A stretch of 64,000 nucleotides of DNA, taken from contig JBGCEP010000004.1 in NCBI GenBank assembly GCA_045106415.1, positions 1-64,000 of the forward strand, read 5' to 3'. Origin of the DNA: Oligoflexales bacterium. Its GTDB lineage: Bacteria; Bdellovibrionota_B; Oligoflexia; Oligoflexales; Bog-1112. This document shows positions 29,564 through 38,723 of the stretch, piece by piece. A program made the position numbers and the translations under genes. Within the stretch, counting starts at the first letter, position 1. Every line of letters starts with the position of its first letter. The notes beneath the pieces were generated by a model. That model ran no database searches. It was not told where the DNA came from and worked only from the letters and a program-made list of their open reading frames with translations.

Positions 29564-30855
29564 TGGATCATTTTGAATTGTTTAAAAACCATTTAAAACA
29601 ACGTGAGCAACAAGCTCAAGATCTTTTGAGTGTTCTCAAATATGACTCTATTATTTTTGACTCTGGAGTGGAGTCTTATTATGCTGAAGATGATCAAACC
29701 TACCCTTATCGCCCAGCGCCAGCGTTTAAGTCTTGGTGTCCAGAGGTTTCTTCTGGAAGTGCTATTCATGTCAAACTAAATTCTTCTGCTCATCTGTTAA
29801 GGGTGATTCCGCAAGATTTTTGGCATGCGAGTCCAGAAGATGGAGAGTGGGTAAAGGCTTTTGAAGAATCAAAAGTGTTTTCAGATAGAAAATCTTTAGT
29901 AGATAGTTTGCCTAAAACTGGTAGACACCTTTGGATAGGCCCAGGATTGGAAATGAAGGATGTGTCGCAATGGACATTGAATTTAGAAGCAGCGGTGGCT
30001 CACCTCCATTGGGACAGAGGCTGTAAGACTGCCTATGAAATTGAGTGTTTGCGAGACGCTAATCGAATTGCAGCTTTAGGGCATGTGGCAGCAAGAGAAA
30101 AGTTTTTAGAGGGGGGATCTGAGCGTCAGATTCATCATGCCTATTTAGTGGCAACGTCCGGGCTAGAGTCTGAGCTCCCATATAATAATATTGTATGCCT
30201 AGACCAACATGCTGCAACACTGCATTATCAATACAAGTCCTCTGAGAGAGTTGAAGCAGGAGTTCTGCTTATTGATGGAGGGCATAGCGTGCAAGGTTAT
30301 GGGTCTGACATTACAAGAACTTGGGTGCATTATCGCGCACCAGAAACGTTTCAGTTGATTCGGAATGACCTCGAGGTTTTACAAAAAAAATTAGCCAATC
30401 AAGCTGTTGTTGGAATGAACTTTGCTGATCTGCATCTTATGTCTATTGATGGTATTGGACAGATTTTACTTGATCACAATGTTTTAAAAAATACAGCACA
30501 AGGAGAACAAGAATTCCGTTCTTTGGTACGATCATTTTACCCACACGGTCTTGGCCATATGCTCGGTGTCCTTGTTCATGATGTTGCTGGTCGGCAAAAG
30601 AATAGAGCTGGTGCAGCATGTGACCCTCACCCTGAAGATGAAAAATTACGCACCAACAGAGAGTTGAGAAATAAAGAGGTCATCACTGTTGAACCAGGAA
30701 TTTACTGGATCCCTATGCTGTGGAAAAATTTAGACTCAAGGTATTTGAATTTACCACTCATGGAAGAACTCACTCTGTGGGGAGGTATGAGGATTGAAGA
30801 CAATGTGGTTGTTGGCCAGAAACCAGAAAATTTAACGCGTGAGTTTCTAGCATAA
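29563..30855 (+). CDS. pepQ: Xaa-Pro dipeptidase (M24B prolidase)
   Basis: Motifs LHY, LIDGG, SDITRT, PHGLGH.LG..VHDV, TVEPGIY, GGMRIED. Confidence 0.88.
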   Translation: MDHFELFKNHLKQREQQAQDLLSVLKYDSIIFDSGVESYYAEDDQTYPYRPAPAFKSWCPEVSSGSAIHVKLNSSAHLLRVIPQDFWHASPEDGEWVKAFEESKVFSDRKSLVDSLPKTGRHLWIGPGLEMKDVSQWTLNLEAAVAHLHWDRGCKTAYEIECLRDANRIAALGHVAAREKFLEGGSERQIHHAYLVATSGLESELPYNNIVCLDQHAATLHYQYKSSERVEAGVLLIDGGHSVQGYGSDITRTWVHYRAPETFQLIRNDLEVLQKKLANQAVVGMNFADLHLMSIDGIGQILLDHNVLKNTAQGEQEFRSLVRSFYPHGLGHMLGVLVHDVAGRQKNRAGAACDPHPEDEKLRTNRELRNKEVITVEPGIYWIPMLWKNLDSRYLNLPLMEELTLWGGMRIEDNVVVGQKPENLTREFLA

Positions 30856-30950
30856 AAGCTTACAAAATTGGAGCGGCAAAAATAGCAGTCTGCATGTGCC
30901 AGGATTATGACGGATAATAGTAGAGAACCGTCAAATTTTGGAGGGCTTGA

Positions 30951-31946
30951 ATGAATCAAGTGCTGTCTCAGAATGAAGTTGATGCTCTTTTGTCTGCAGT
31001 ATCTGATAACAAAGTCGATGCTGATGAACCTGATCTAGGCGACGGTGGTGGCGGTGAAGCCTCTGGGGCCGGTGTTGTCCAGTATGATTTGGCGAACCAA
31101 GACAGAATTATTCGGGGGCGCTTGCCTACCTTAGATATTATTCATGACCGTTTTATCCGGCTTTTTCGAGTAACGCTATCTAATGGTTTGAGGAAAATGG
31201 CAAACTTAAGTGTGAACTCGACAGGGCCGTTGAAATTTTCAGAGTTTATGAATTCTTTGCCTCTTCCCTCTTGCCTTAATATCTTGAGACTAGATCCATT
31301 AAGAGGGGCTGCTATTTTGGTGATTGAATCAAAGCTTTTGTATGCTTTGGTAGATAGTTTTTTTGGCGGCAATGATGTGCCTTATACAAAAATTGAAGGA
31401 AAAGACTTTACGCAAATTGAAATTAAAATAGCAAGAAGAGTAGTTCTTTCTGCTTTAGATGATTTGGAACGTGCGTGGGAGCCTGTCTACCCTCTTAAGG
31501 TCGGTTATTCTAGAACAGAAATTAACCCTCAGTTTGTCGCTGTTGTCCCTCCTTCTGATGTTGTGATTGCGACAACGTTTGATGTGGAACTTGAAAAAGT
31601 ATCAGGGACAATTAAAATTGTAATTCCATACGCGACGCTAGAACCGATTAAATCGAAGCTATCTGTTGGGTTTCAGAGTGAACAACTTGAGGTTGATCAT
31701 ATTTGGATTAACCGTATTAAAGAGCAATTAATGAATACCTCTGCAAACCTATTGGTTCGTTTGGGAGAGGCGCATATCTCTGTCGGGGATTTAGCGAATC
31801 TTGAAACTGGCGATATTTTGCAGCTTGATCATGATGCCTCAAACCCTCTAGATATTATGGTTGAAGGTGTCCCGAAGTTTAGGTGTATACCAGGTGTGCT
31901 GAAAGGTCACAGGGCGGTCAAAGTAACAGAGTCTTTGATTGAGTGA
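30951..31946 (+). CDS. fliM: Flagellar motor switch protein FliM
   Basis: CheY-binding N-terminus VLSQNEVDALL, RGRLPTL, EINPQF, PYATLEPI, and a C-terminal SpoA domain. Confidence 0.97.
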   Translation: MNQVLSQNEVDALLSAVSDNKVDADEPDLGDGGGGEASGAGVVQYDLANQDRIIRGRLPTLDIIHDRFIRLFRVTLSNGLRKMANLSVNSTGPLKFSEFMNSLPLPSCLNILRLDPLRGAAILVIESKLLYALVDSFFGGNDVPYTKIEGKDFTQIEIKIARRVVLSALDDLERAWEPVYPLKVGYSRTEINPQFVAVVPPSDVVIATTFDVELEKVSGTIKIVIPYATLEPIKSKLSVGFQSEQLEVDHIWINRIKEQLMNTSANLLVRLGEAHISVGDLANLETGDILQLDHDASNPLDIMVEGVPKFRCIPGVLKGHRAVKVTESLIE

Positions 31947-31990
31947 GCAGCTATTCTTGCTAGTGAGCCATTGAGTCTTGACCACGACTA

Positions 31991-32526
31991 TCAATATTTT
32001 GAATTGGCAATAAAAATCGACAGACGATATCGGGCTCTTGTGATTATGATTTGTTGATAAAAGATGAAAACAGGAATACGTCTTTTTAAGACGAGCTCAA
32101 GGTCCGGATATTGGCAAGAGCTTGTAAAAAATTCATCCCATGAATTCCATACAAAATTTTTAAAAAAAATGTGAGCAGCTTCAAACAACTTATAGAATAT
32201 TCTTTGTTTTTACCATAATGCTCTTTTCTTTTTTTGGTCGTATAGCAATGTTCTAGAATCTTTGTGCTGACCTCTGAATGGGCTCCGTTTAAAGGATATT
32301 CATTACGACCTCGGTAGAGATGAATGATGATATTTTTGCCTTTAAATTCAAAGTGCTTCGATTTTATCCCGGTTTCTCCACTTTAAATGGTTCTCCCTTG
32401 CGTGCAATAATGTATTTATTGGTAGAGGTTTAAGCTGTTTAACATTAGGTTCGTAGTCACCTAGAGCGCCTTGAACAACTATTGTTTTTAGATGAAGGCT
32501 GATAGCAGCACATTAAAAAATCTCAT
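31991..32526 (-). pseudogene. Possible decayed gene
   Basis: ATG 32526 opens a signal-like MRFFNVLLSAFI that stops at once. A 98-codon start-less open frame (32382-32089) and an overlapping 65-aa frame follow. Confidence 0.3.
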
Positions 32527-32602
32527 TTTTTCTGTCACGAACAAGGATGCTTAAGCGCGTGAAATCATAAAGTTTTCTATGAAAGAGTTGTGTTTTTTAT
32601 AT

Positions 32603-32628
32603 CTATCGGCGAAGCGATTTTTCTTTTA
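32603..32628 (-). promoter_or_regulatory. Sigma-28-like promoter
   Basis: Minus strand reads TAAA-N14-GCCGATAG. Confidence 0.45.
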
Positions 32629-32753
32629 GGCGTCGCTATCTTAACTCTTCGCAGGTGGGATAAAGAAAAAACCTTAGAACCGCCATACAAAACACCAGGT
32701 AGTCGTCGCAGGTGTGATTATCAAAATATTTAAAAATTTGTTGGCAAGAAACA

Positions 32754-32891
32754 GCAGCCGTTAAAAAGAATCCGACTTTGATATGCACGCTTCAGCTCAC
32801 CAGATCAAAAGCAGGACCTTGTTCGGGTGACAGTAGAGCGGTTGTTTTTATTTGTCGGAACGAACCTTAAGTCGCACTAAGGAATCGCTGC
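32754..32891. ncRNA. Candidate rod-shaped structured RNA
   Basis: Nested symmetric pairings GCAGC/GCTGC, TCCGAC/GTCGGA, CGCT/AGCG and TCACC/GGTGA around an 11x13-nt bubble. Confidence 0.35.
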
Positions 32892-32897
32892 CTTGAT

Positions 32898-34094
32898 TTA
32901 AGAAGTTTTCTTTTTTGCATTTAAAGCATTTGTGATGACTTCCATGGTTTTGATTCCTTTGTCGTATGCTGGTGATAATTCTAAACAGCGTTTTAAACAG
33001 GTTCTTGCTTCTTCGAAGTCTTGGCGTGTTTTTCTGCCTTTGTAGGCAAGGGCCATGTTGTAATAAATTCGGTAGTTTTCTTTGAATTTAGGGAAGAAAC
33101 TTAGTGCTGTTTCATATTCATTCAGGGCTTGTTGAGTATCCCCATTTTTAGACATTTCTACGCCTCGGTTATTATAGTAGCGAACTATTTCCATAGGAGT
33201 TGCAGTGTTTTGACCAAGCTCTTTAGCCTGATCGTGAAAGCCTGCTCTTTGAAGTTTACCAATCGCTTCAAATTTATAATCAGGGACTTCTGGGGTGTGT
33301 CCAATGAGTTGAGTAAATAATTTTACAGACTGCTCGGGAGAACTAAGCTGAATATAGCTTTCAGCCATTGTGCTCATTCGTTGAAGCTGCCCTGGAGCGT
33401 TTTTGTGTAGCTTTTCCATGATAGAAACAGAAACGTCGTAGTGGCCCAAGTGGTACTCAAGTTGGGCCTGCAAATTTAAGAGGCGAGGGTTGTCGGGGTC
33501 TTTGGATAGTTGGCCTGTGACAAGCTGCAGAGCATCCTGGTAATTTTCCGCTCGGATATAAAGATCAACCATGAGATTAAGTGCGCGTTGACCTATTTGT
33601 GATAAGTGGGATCGCACCGTTGATAAAGCTTCTTGTAGGCCGCTTTTCTCCAGTGTTTGGTAAGCTTCGGTTGCAATAGTTTCATAAAGTATAGCGCGTT
33701 TTTTATTATTGTAGGCTTTAGCTAATAATGACAAAAGTTGCGGGTGATTAATTGGTTTTTTGACAATTTCAATATCTCCGAGCTCTTTTAGCAATGCACT
33801 GGCTTCAGCTGAAAAAGATCCGCTTTGAAAAATCATCATTCCGGTTGTTCTTCGGCCTTCATCTGCATTTTTGCGCCATTTTTGTATGAGAGCAAGGCCA
33901 GGAACGTCTTCTAAAGCTTGTTCAAGTATCGCGCAGTCAAAGCGAGTTTGTTCGTATAAATATAGAGCGCTGTTGCCATCTATTGCTTTTTGAACATTGA
34001 TTTTTTGACGCATGAGATTGTTTGTGATTCCGTTCGAGACAGAAGCATCTTGATCGACAACCAGGACTTTACTGGGAAGCTCGCTCATTTTCAT
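32898..34094 (-). CDS. Receiver-domain (pseudo-receiver) + TPR protein
   Basis: N-terminal REC fold (VLVVDQD...ILEQ...PG...KP); TPRs such as YYNNRGVEMSKNGDTQQALNEYETAL and YYNMALAY. Confidence 0.85.
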   Translation of the reverse strand: MKMSELPSKVLVVDQDASVSNGITNNLMRQKINVQKAIDGNSALYLYEQTRFDCAILEQALEDVPGLALIQKWRKNADEGRRTTGMMIFQSGSFSAEASALLKELGDIEIVKKPINHPQLLSLLAKAYNNKKRAILYETIATEAYQTLEKSGLQEALSTVRSHLSQIGQRALNLMVDLYIRAENYQDALQLVTGQLSKDPDNPRLLNLQAQLEYHLGHYDVSVSIMEKLHKNAPGQLQRMSTMAESYIQLSSPEQSVKLFTQLIGHTPEVPDYKFEAIGKLQRAGFHDQAKELGQNTATPMEIVRYYNNRGVEMSKNGDTQQALNEYETALSFFPKFKENYRIYYNMALAYKGRKTRQDFEEARTCLKRCLELSPAYDKGIKTMEVITNALNAKKKTS

Positions 34095-34167
34095 ATTCCT
34101 CTAAGATCTGTATCATTCTAACACAGAGTGTCATCGTTCAGGTGTAAAGACCAAATGGGAGGCAAGT

Positions 34168-35211
34168 GTGCGTATTGGGGTTTGTACGGGTGGTGGAGAT
34201 TGCCCAGGGTTGAATGCAGCGATTCGAGCTGTTGTGAAATACGGTCTACAGCATGGCCATCAAATGATAGGTGTTTTAGATAGTTATCATGGGATGATGT
34301 CTGACCCTCTTCATGTAAGGACTTTAGACTGGACGGATGTGAGTGAGATTTTACACCGTGGTGGCACGATTTTAGGCACGCATAATAGTGGAACAACTTT
34401 TTCTGATAAAGACGCTATTAAAAGAGCAGTGTCTGGGTATACATCTCTTCAACTGGATGCGTTGGTTGTCATAGGTGGTGAAGGGACACAAGAAATGGCT
34501 CGTAAGCTGATTGAAGCAGGGCTAAATATTGTTGGAGTTCCTAAGACAATTGATAATGATCTGCCCGGAACAGAAAGAACCATTGGTTTTACTTCATGTG
34601 TCGACCTTGTTGCTGACTCTATTGAAAGGCTTCACTCTACGGCTGAATCTCATGACCGAGTTATGGTGCTAGAAGTGATGGGGCGCGATTCAGGGTATAT
34701 TGCTGCATATGGAGGAATTGCAGGAGGAGCAAATGTTGTGCTTATTCCCGAGATTCCATTTCATTATGAGAAAGTTTGCGAGAAAATACAGCGCAGAAAA
34801 GATCTTGGGCGAACTTATTCCGTTGTCGTTGTTGCTGAAGGAGCAAAGCCTGTTGCTGGAGAAGCTCTTTATAAAAAACACCAAGGAAATGAACGTCTAG
34901 GGGGTATTGGAGAGGTTCTAGCTCATGAACTTTATCGACAAACCTCAATGGAAACTCGAGTCACCGTACTGGGCCACCTGCAAAGAGGTGGCCACCCTTC
35001 AGCTGAAGATCGTTTACTTGCTACTCGATTAGGGTGTAGAGCTCTTGAACTGGTTCATGAGAAGAAATTTGGAATGATTGTTGGCTCACAAGGAGATAAA
35101 GTCGCGGAGTATTATTATAAAGATATCCAACCTGGAGCTCGAAGAGTGCTAAAGCCAGATAATGATCTTCTAAGGTTTGCTGAAGGGATTGGTATTAGTT
35201 TTGGCCGCTGA
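34168..35211 (+). CDS. pfkA: 6-phosphofructokinase (PfkA family)
   Basis: Motifs GGGDCPGLNA, GGTILG, GGEGT, PKTIDND, EVMGR, LGHLQRGG. Gly at the 104-equivalent position suggests ATP use. Confidence 0.93.
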   Translation: MRIGVCTGGGDCPGLNAAIRAVVKYGLQHGHQMIGVLDSYHGMMSDPLHVRTLDWTDVSEILHRGGTILGTHNSGTTFSDKDAIKRAVSGYTSLQLDALVVIGGEGTQEMARKLIEAGLNIVGVPKTIDNDLPGTERTIGFTSCVDLVADSIERLHSTAESHDRVMVLEVMGRDSGYIAAYGGIAGGANVVLIPEIPFHYEKVCEKIQRRKDLGRTYSVVVVAEGAKPVAGEALYKKHQGNERLGGIGEVLAHELYRQTSMETRVTVLGHLQRGGHPSAEDRLLATRLGCRALELVHEKKFGMIVGSQGDKVAEYYYKDIQPGARRVLKPDNDLLRFAEGIGISFGR

Positions 35212-35214
35212 TTG

Positions 35215-35847
35215 TTATTGCAGTGGCAAGAGGTGCTCAATTGAGAGTTGCATTGTGAACTGGGTATGAGAAGCGATCGAGTCAGTTGGGTGTGAGTTAA
35301 AGCGGTGGACAGTAAAGTCTAGGAGGCCATTGACGCCTAGACGAGTCGATTCTGTGAAAGGAAATAACCCACCATATCCAACTCTGAAAAGTGAAAGCAG
35401 AGAAGACCCTGTCTGCTCTTCACTTTTCCACTGCCCTTTTGCAAGCCCCACCCCAGCAATCCATGCAAGTGAAATGTTTTTTTGAGTCTTTGTCCCATAA
35501 TGCATGACGAAGTTAACACCGATATCTTGGTCGATGGAAACCTTGCCTGAGGCAATATGGCCTGTTTGAGCTTCTGCCCTGAGGTTTAAGAAATTCCAAG
35601 CAGAGAGAGGTTTTGTGTATCCAATACTCACGCCTGAGTACCAAGCTGGTGATAAAGAAGAACCATCGTTTGGTCTTGACTGGCCAATATTACTGTGCAG
35701 TCCAATGGAAAGGTTTGGTTTTTTTGATATGGGCTGAAAAAGAGGTGGTGAAGAAGGAGCTTCCCACTCCTCGTTTGATTGAGCTGTTAATGGAGAAAAG
35801 GAAAAAAATAAAATAATGGTACATACTTTTGACAATGGTGTGAGCAT
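35215..35847 (-). CDS. Putative outer-membrane beta-barrel protein
   Basis: Signal peptide followed by alternating amphipathic Gly/aromatic strands. Confidence 0.6.
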   Translation of the reverse strand: MLTPLSKVCTIILFFSFSPLTAQSNEEWEAPSSPPLFQPISKKPNLSIGLHSNIGQSRPNDGSSLSPAWYSGVSIGYTKPLSAWNFLNLRAEAQTGHIASGKVSIDQDIGVNFVMHYGTKTQKNISLAWIAGVGLAKGQWKSEEQTGSSLLSLFRVGYGGLFPFTESTRLGVNGLLDFTVHRFNSHPTDSIASHTQFTMQLSIEHLLPLQ

Positions 35848-36242
35848 GATGAGTCTTCCTATTTAAACATGGATTTATTTTTATTATAAAGCATGTGTCA
35901 ACTTGTTAAATGGTTATAAAAGCTTACGGCTTAATGAACTCGTTGTTGATATAATTTTTGTGCTTATGTGTTTTAAAATCAATGCTTTACTAAATCTTTT
36001 CAGTTTTGACAAAGATTTTTGCAGCTTCCGCTGTCAGCCTGTAACCTTTCTTAGGTATTGAGTTTTGTGAAAGAGGTGATGCTCCATGGTAAAGACGCAA
36101 GCTTGTGAAGTCTGAGCTGAGAAGAAGCAGTTGTGGCTTTAGCAGTTGAAATTTGACAGAGGATCTTATATACAGAGTTTTACCTCCATCTTGAAATGAT
36201 GGTTGTATACAAGACTTAGCATTGCCTTGACAGGGAGAAAAT

Positions 36243-36404
36243 ATGGCTTCTGCAACAAAAAAACTTAAGGTTCGCCGCCTTTTAACAATTGCTCGTCGTG
36301 CTCGTAAGCGTAAAAATCACGTGAATCGTTTTGGTACAACAGCTCCAAGCTTGCCTTTGAATGTTCCAAACGCGAACGAAAAAGCGATGTTGGCAGCACG
36401 CTAA
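36243..36404 (+). CDS. Small basic protein, 53 aa (below the ORF-track cutoff)
   Basis: GGGAG RBS at 36233-36237; MASATKKLKVRRLLTIARRARKRKNHVNRFGTTAPSLPLNVPNANEKAMLAAR; followed by a hairpin. Confidence 0.75.
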   Translation: MASATKKLKVRRLLTIARRARKRKNHVNRFGTTAPSLPLNVPNANEKAMLAAR

Positions 36405-36413
36405 TTTGAGTGT

Positions 36414-36440
36414 TCGGAGTTTTTGACTCCGATTCTCTTC
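36414..36440 (+). terminator. Hairpin terminator after the small basic protein
   Basis: TCGGAGT-TTTTG-ACTCCGA followed by a pyrimidine run. Confidence 0.55.
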
Positions 36441-36525
36441 ATTCCCATTGAATTCTTCTTTTGTTCTTCTTTATTATCGCGCTAAACTCATTATTTCCAT
36501 TTTATAAAAATGCTTAGAGGTATGT

Positions 36526-37299
36526 ATGCAAGTTTCTCATACGGAAGCCGTTGGATTTCAGGGCTTTAAATGGGTCAAAGCATTTCATTTGATGTTGCTA
36601 CTTCTTACTGTGACTGCTTTACACTTTTTGTCGCTTTTGTACCAAAAAACTATCGTGCTCTTTTCAAGAGATCCAAATGCTGAAGATCGTATCCATGATG
36701 TGTGCTGTTCATGGGCTCGGACAGTTTTTCAATGGAGTCCTTGGTGGGATTTGGATTTAGATGGTCAAGAAAATTTGCCGCGAGATGACGAGCCCCGTGT
36801 TGTTGTCGTGAATCATGAAAGTGCCACGGATATCTTTACTTTATATTGGTTAGGACTGCAATTTCGTTGGCTAGCCAAGGCATCGGTCTTTCGTATCCCT
36901 ATTATAGGCACGGCCATGCGATGGGCGGGTTATATTCCTGTTCATAGAGGGCGTAAAACCTCACGTAAAGAAGCCATGTCTCGGAGTGCTGATGTTCTTA
37001 AAAAGGGGCGGTGCATGGCTTTTTTTCCGGAGGGGACGCGCTCTACAACTGGTGAATTTAGGCCTTTTAAACCAGGAGCTTTTAGGCTTTCTGTCTCAGA
37101 AAATGTGGAGATTCTACCTGTTGTTTTGCGAGGAGCTGGAGATTTATTGAAAAAAGGTTCTATTGTTCCTCAAAGGGCAGTGATCAGCATGAGTGTTCTA
37201 CCCCCAATGAAAGCTGCAGAGGGTGAGTCCATTGAAGACTTTACAGAACGCGTGAGAAACAAGATGATTGATGTGCATAAGCTCCCAACGCACAGCTGA
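36526..37299 (+). CDS. plsC: 1-acyl-sn-glycerol-3-phosphate acyltransferase
   Basis: Motifs NHESATD (HX4D), FFPEGTRS, FKPGAF. Confidence 0.9.
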   Translation: MQVSHTEAVGFQGFKWVKAFHLMLLLLTVTALHFLSLLYQKTIVLFSRDPNAEDRIHDVCCSWARTVFQWSPWWDLDLDGQENLPRDDEPRVVVVNHESATDIFTLYWLGLQFRWLAKASVFRIPIIGTAMRWAGYIPVHRGRKTSRKEAMSRSADVLKKGRCMAFFPEGTRSTTGEFRPFKPGAFRLSVSENVEILPVVLRGAGDLLKKGSIVPQRAVISMSVLPPMKAAEGESIEDFTERVRNKMIDVHKLPTHS

Positions 37300-37338
37300 T
37301 GGTGCTATTCTAACCTTGTGAATGAATGAGGTGGAATT

Positions 37339-37959
37339 ATGAAGCATTTTATTTTTGATTTTGATGGTACGTTGGTCGATTCTCGATATCTTGTGTGGGA
37401 GTATATTGAGGATCGAGCAAATGACCGTAAGTTAACTCCTGAAGATTTAAGGGAATACAGCGCTACTGAGGTGATACCTGCTTTGGGAATTAAGCCATGG
37501 GAAGTACCGCAGTTGATGATTCAAGTGCGCAGAGCTTTTTTAGAGCGCCTTGATCAGCAGCCTATTATTGAGGGTGTTGTAGAGTGCTTTCGAGAGTTAA
37601 GAAAACAAGGGCACTGTATTCACGTTGTGTCATCTAATGCTAAAGAAAATATAGATAAATTTTTACAGTTGCATGAAATTGATGATTGCGTTGATCGAGT
37701 GATCAGTTTTTTTGGCTTATTTGGCAAAGCTAAAATTCTGAGAAATTTAATGAGGGACCTACAAGCAACCCCTGGTGATGTTATGTATATTGGAGATGAA
37801 ACTCGAGATATTGTTGCCGCTCAAAAAGCAAAGATATCCAGCTTAGCAGTGACATGGGGGTATAACTCGGAGAATGTCCTTGCTGCAACGGATCCAAGTT
37901 TTTTAGCGAGAAATCCATCTGAAATGATAGGTATTTTGTCAAAACGAGGCGAGTTGTGA
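37339..37959 (+). CDS. HAD-family hydrolase (phosphoglycolate phosphatase-like)
   Basis: Motifs FDFDGTLVDS, VSSN, K, YIGDETRD, VTWGY. Confidence 0.9.
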   Translation: MKHFIFDFDGTLVDSRYLVWEYIEDRANDRKLTPEDLREYSATEVIPALGIKPWEVPQLMIQVRRAFLERLDQQPIIEGVVECFRELRKQGHCIHVVSSNAKENIDKFLQLHEIDDCVDRVISFFGLFGKAKILRNLMRDLQATPGDVMYIGDETRDIVAAQKAKISSLAVTWGYNSENVLAATDPSFLARNPSEMIGILSKRGEL

Positions 37960-38702
37960 ACCCTGTCCACCTGATTCCAATGCGAGAAGATAACTATACT
38001 TTTGCTATCCAAAGTAAGCTAAGCCCGAAAAAAGTTCTTATTATTGATCCCTCTACTGAAAAAATTGTCGATGAGATCAAACGACGAAAATGGACAGTTG
38101 TCGGGATTTTTAATACACACCATCATTATGATCATGTGGGTGGGAATCAAGAACTCGCTTCAAAATGGGAATGCCCGGTTTATGGAGCTGATCTTGATAG
38201 AGAACAAATTCCTGCTTTAAGTCATAGTTTAAAAGATGGCGATAAAATAGAAATCGCAGGATGGAAGATAAGAGTTTTAGCGACTCCAGGTCATACTCTT
38301 GGGGCCTTGTGTTTTATTTTCGATGAAATCAAGGCTGTTTTTGTTGGAGATACGATGTTTGCTATGGGATGTGGGCGGTTGTTCGAAGGATCCCCACAGC
38401 AGATGCTGGAAAGTTTACTCAAAATAGGATCCTTACCTGAGGATTATAAAATTTATTGTGGACATGAGTATACGGAGCAAAATGTACGTTTTGCTCTTTC
38501 GGTTGAATCATCGTCTTTTTTAAAAAAATATGCTGAAGGTATAAAAAATATCCGACGGGCACAAAGGCCCACTATTCCAACTCAAGTGTCTGATGAGTGG
38601 CAAGGAAACCCCTTTTTAAGAGTTACTCTACCGTCAAAGCATTGTACTGACGATGCTGTGAAAAATTTCACGCTTTTGCGTGAAAGAAAAGATGTATTTT
38701 AG
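37956..38702 (+). CDS. gloB: Hydroxyacylglutathione hydrolase (glyoxalase II)
   Basis: Motifs THHHYDHVGG, TPGHT, GDTMFAMGCGRLFEG, CGHEYT, NPFLR. Confidence 0.92.
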   Translation: MNPVHLIPMREDNYTFAIQSKLSPKKVLIIDPSTEKIVDEIKRRKWTVVGIFNTHHHYDHVGGNQELASKWECPVYGADLDREQIPALSHSLKDGDKIEIAGWKIRVLATPGHTLGALCFIFDEIKAVFVGDTMFAMGCGRLFEGSPQQMLESLLKIGSLPEDYKIYCGHEYTEQNVRFALSVESSSFLKKYAEGIKNIRRAQRPTIPTQVSDEWQGNPFLRVTLPSKHCTDDAVKNFTLLRERKDVF

Positions 38703-38723
38703 GTCGATGGTAAATAAACTAAG

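Noticed and set aside
31991..32188. FEAAHI resembling the HNH nuclease LEAAHI motif
   Set aside because: The downstream N and H residues and the CxxC context are missing.
32649..32718. 13-nt direct repeats 57 bp apart as a CRISPR remnant
   Set aside because: Only two short copies, no third at the same period, and no cas genes.
32771..32859. SRP (4.5S) RNA identity for the rod structure
   Set aside because: It lacks the CAGG...GRAA...AGCA helix 8 signature on either strand.
36088..36116. GACGCAAGC...TCTGAG resembling a c-di-GMP-I riboswitch
   Set aside because: The P2 stem with its GNRA loop between GGYAAA and GACGCAAA is absent.
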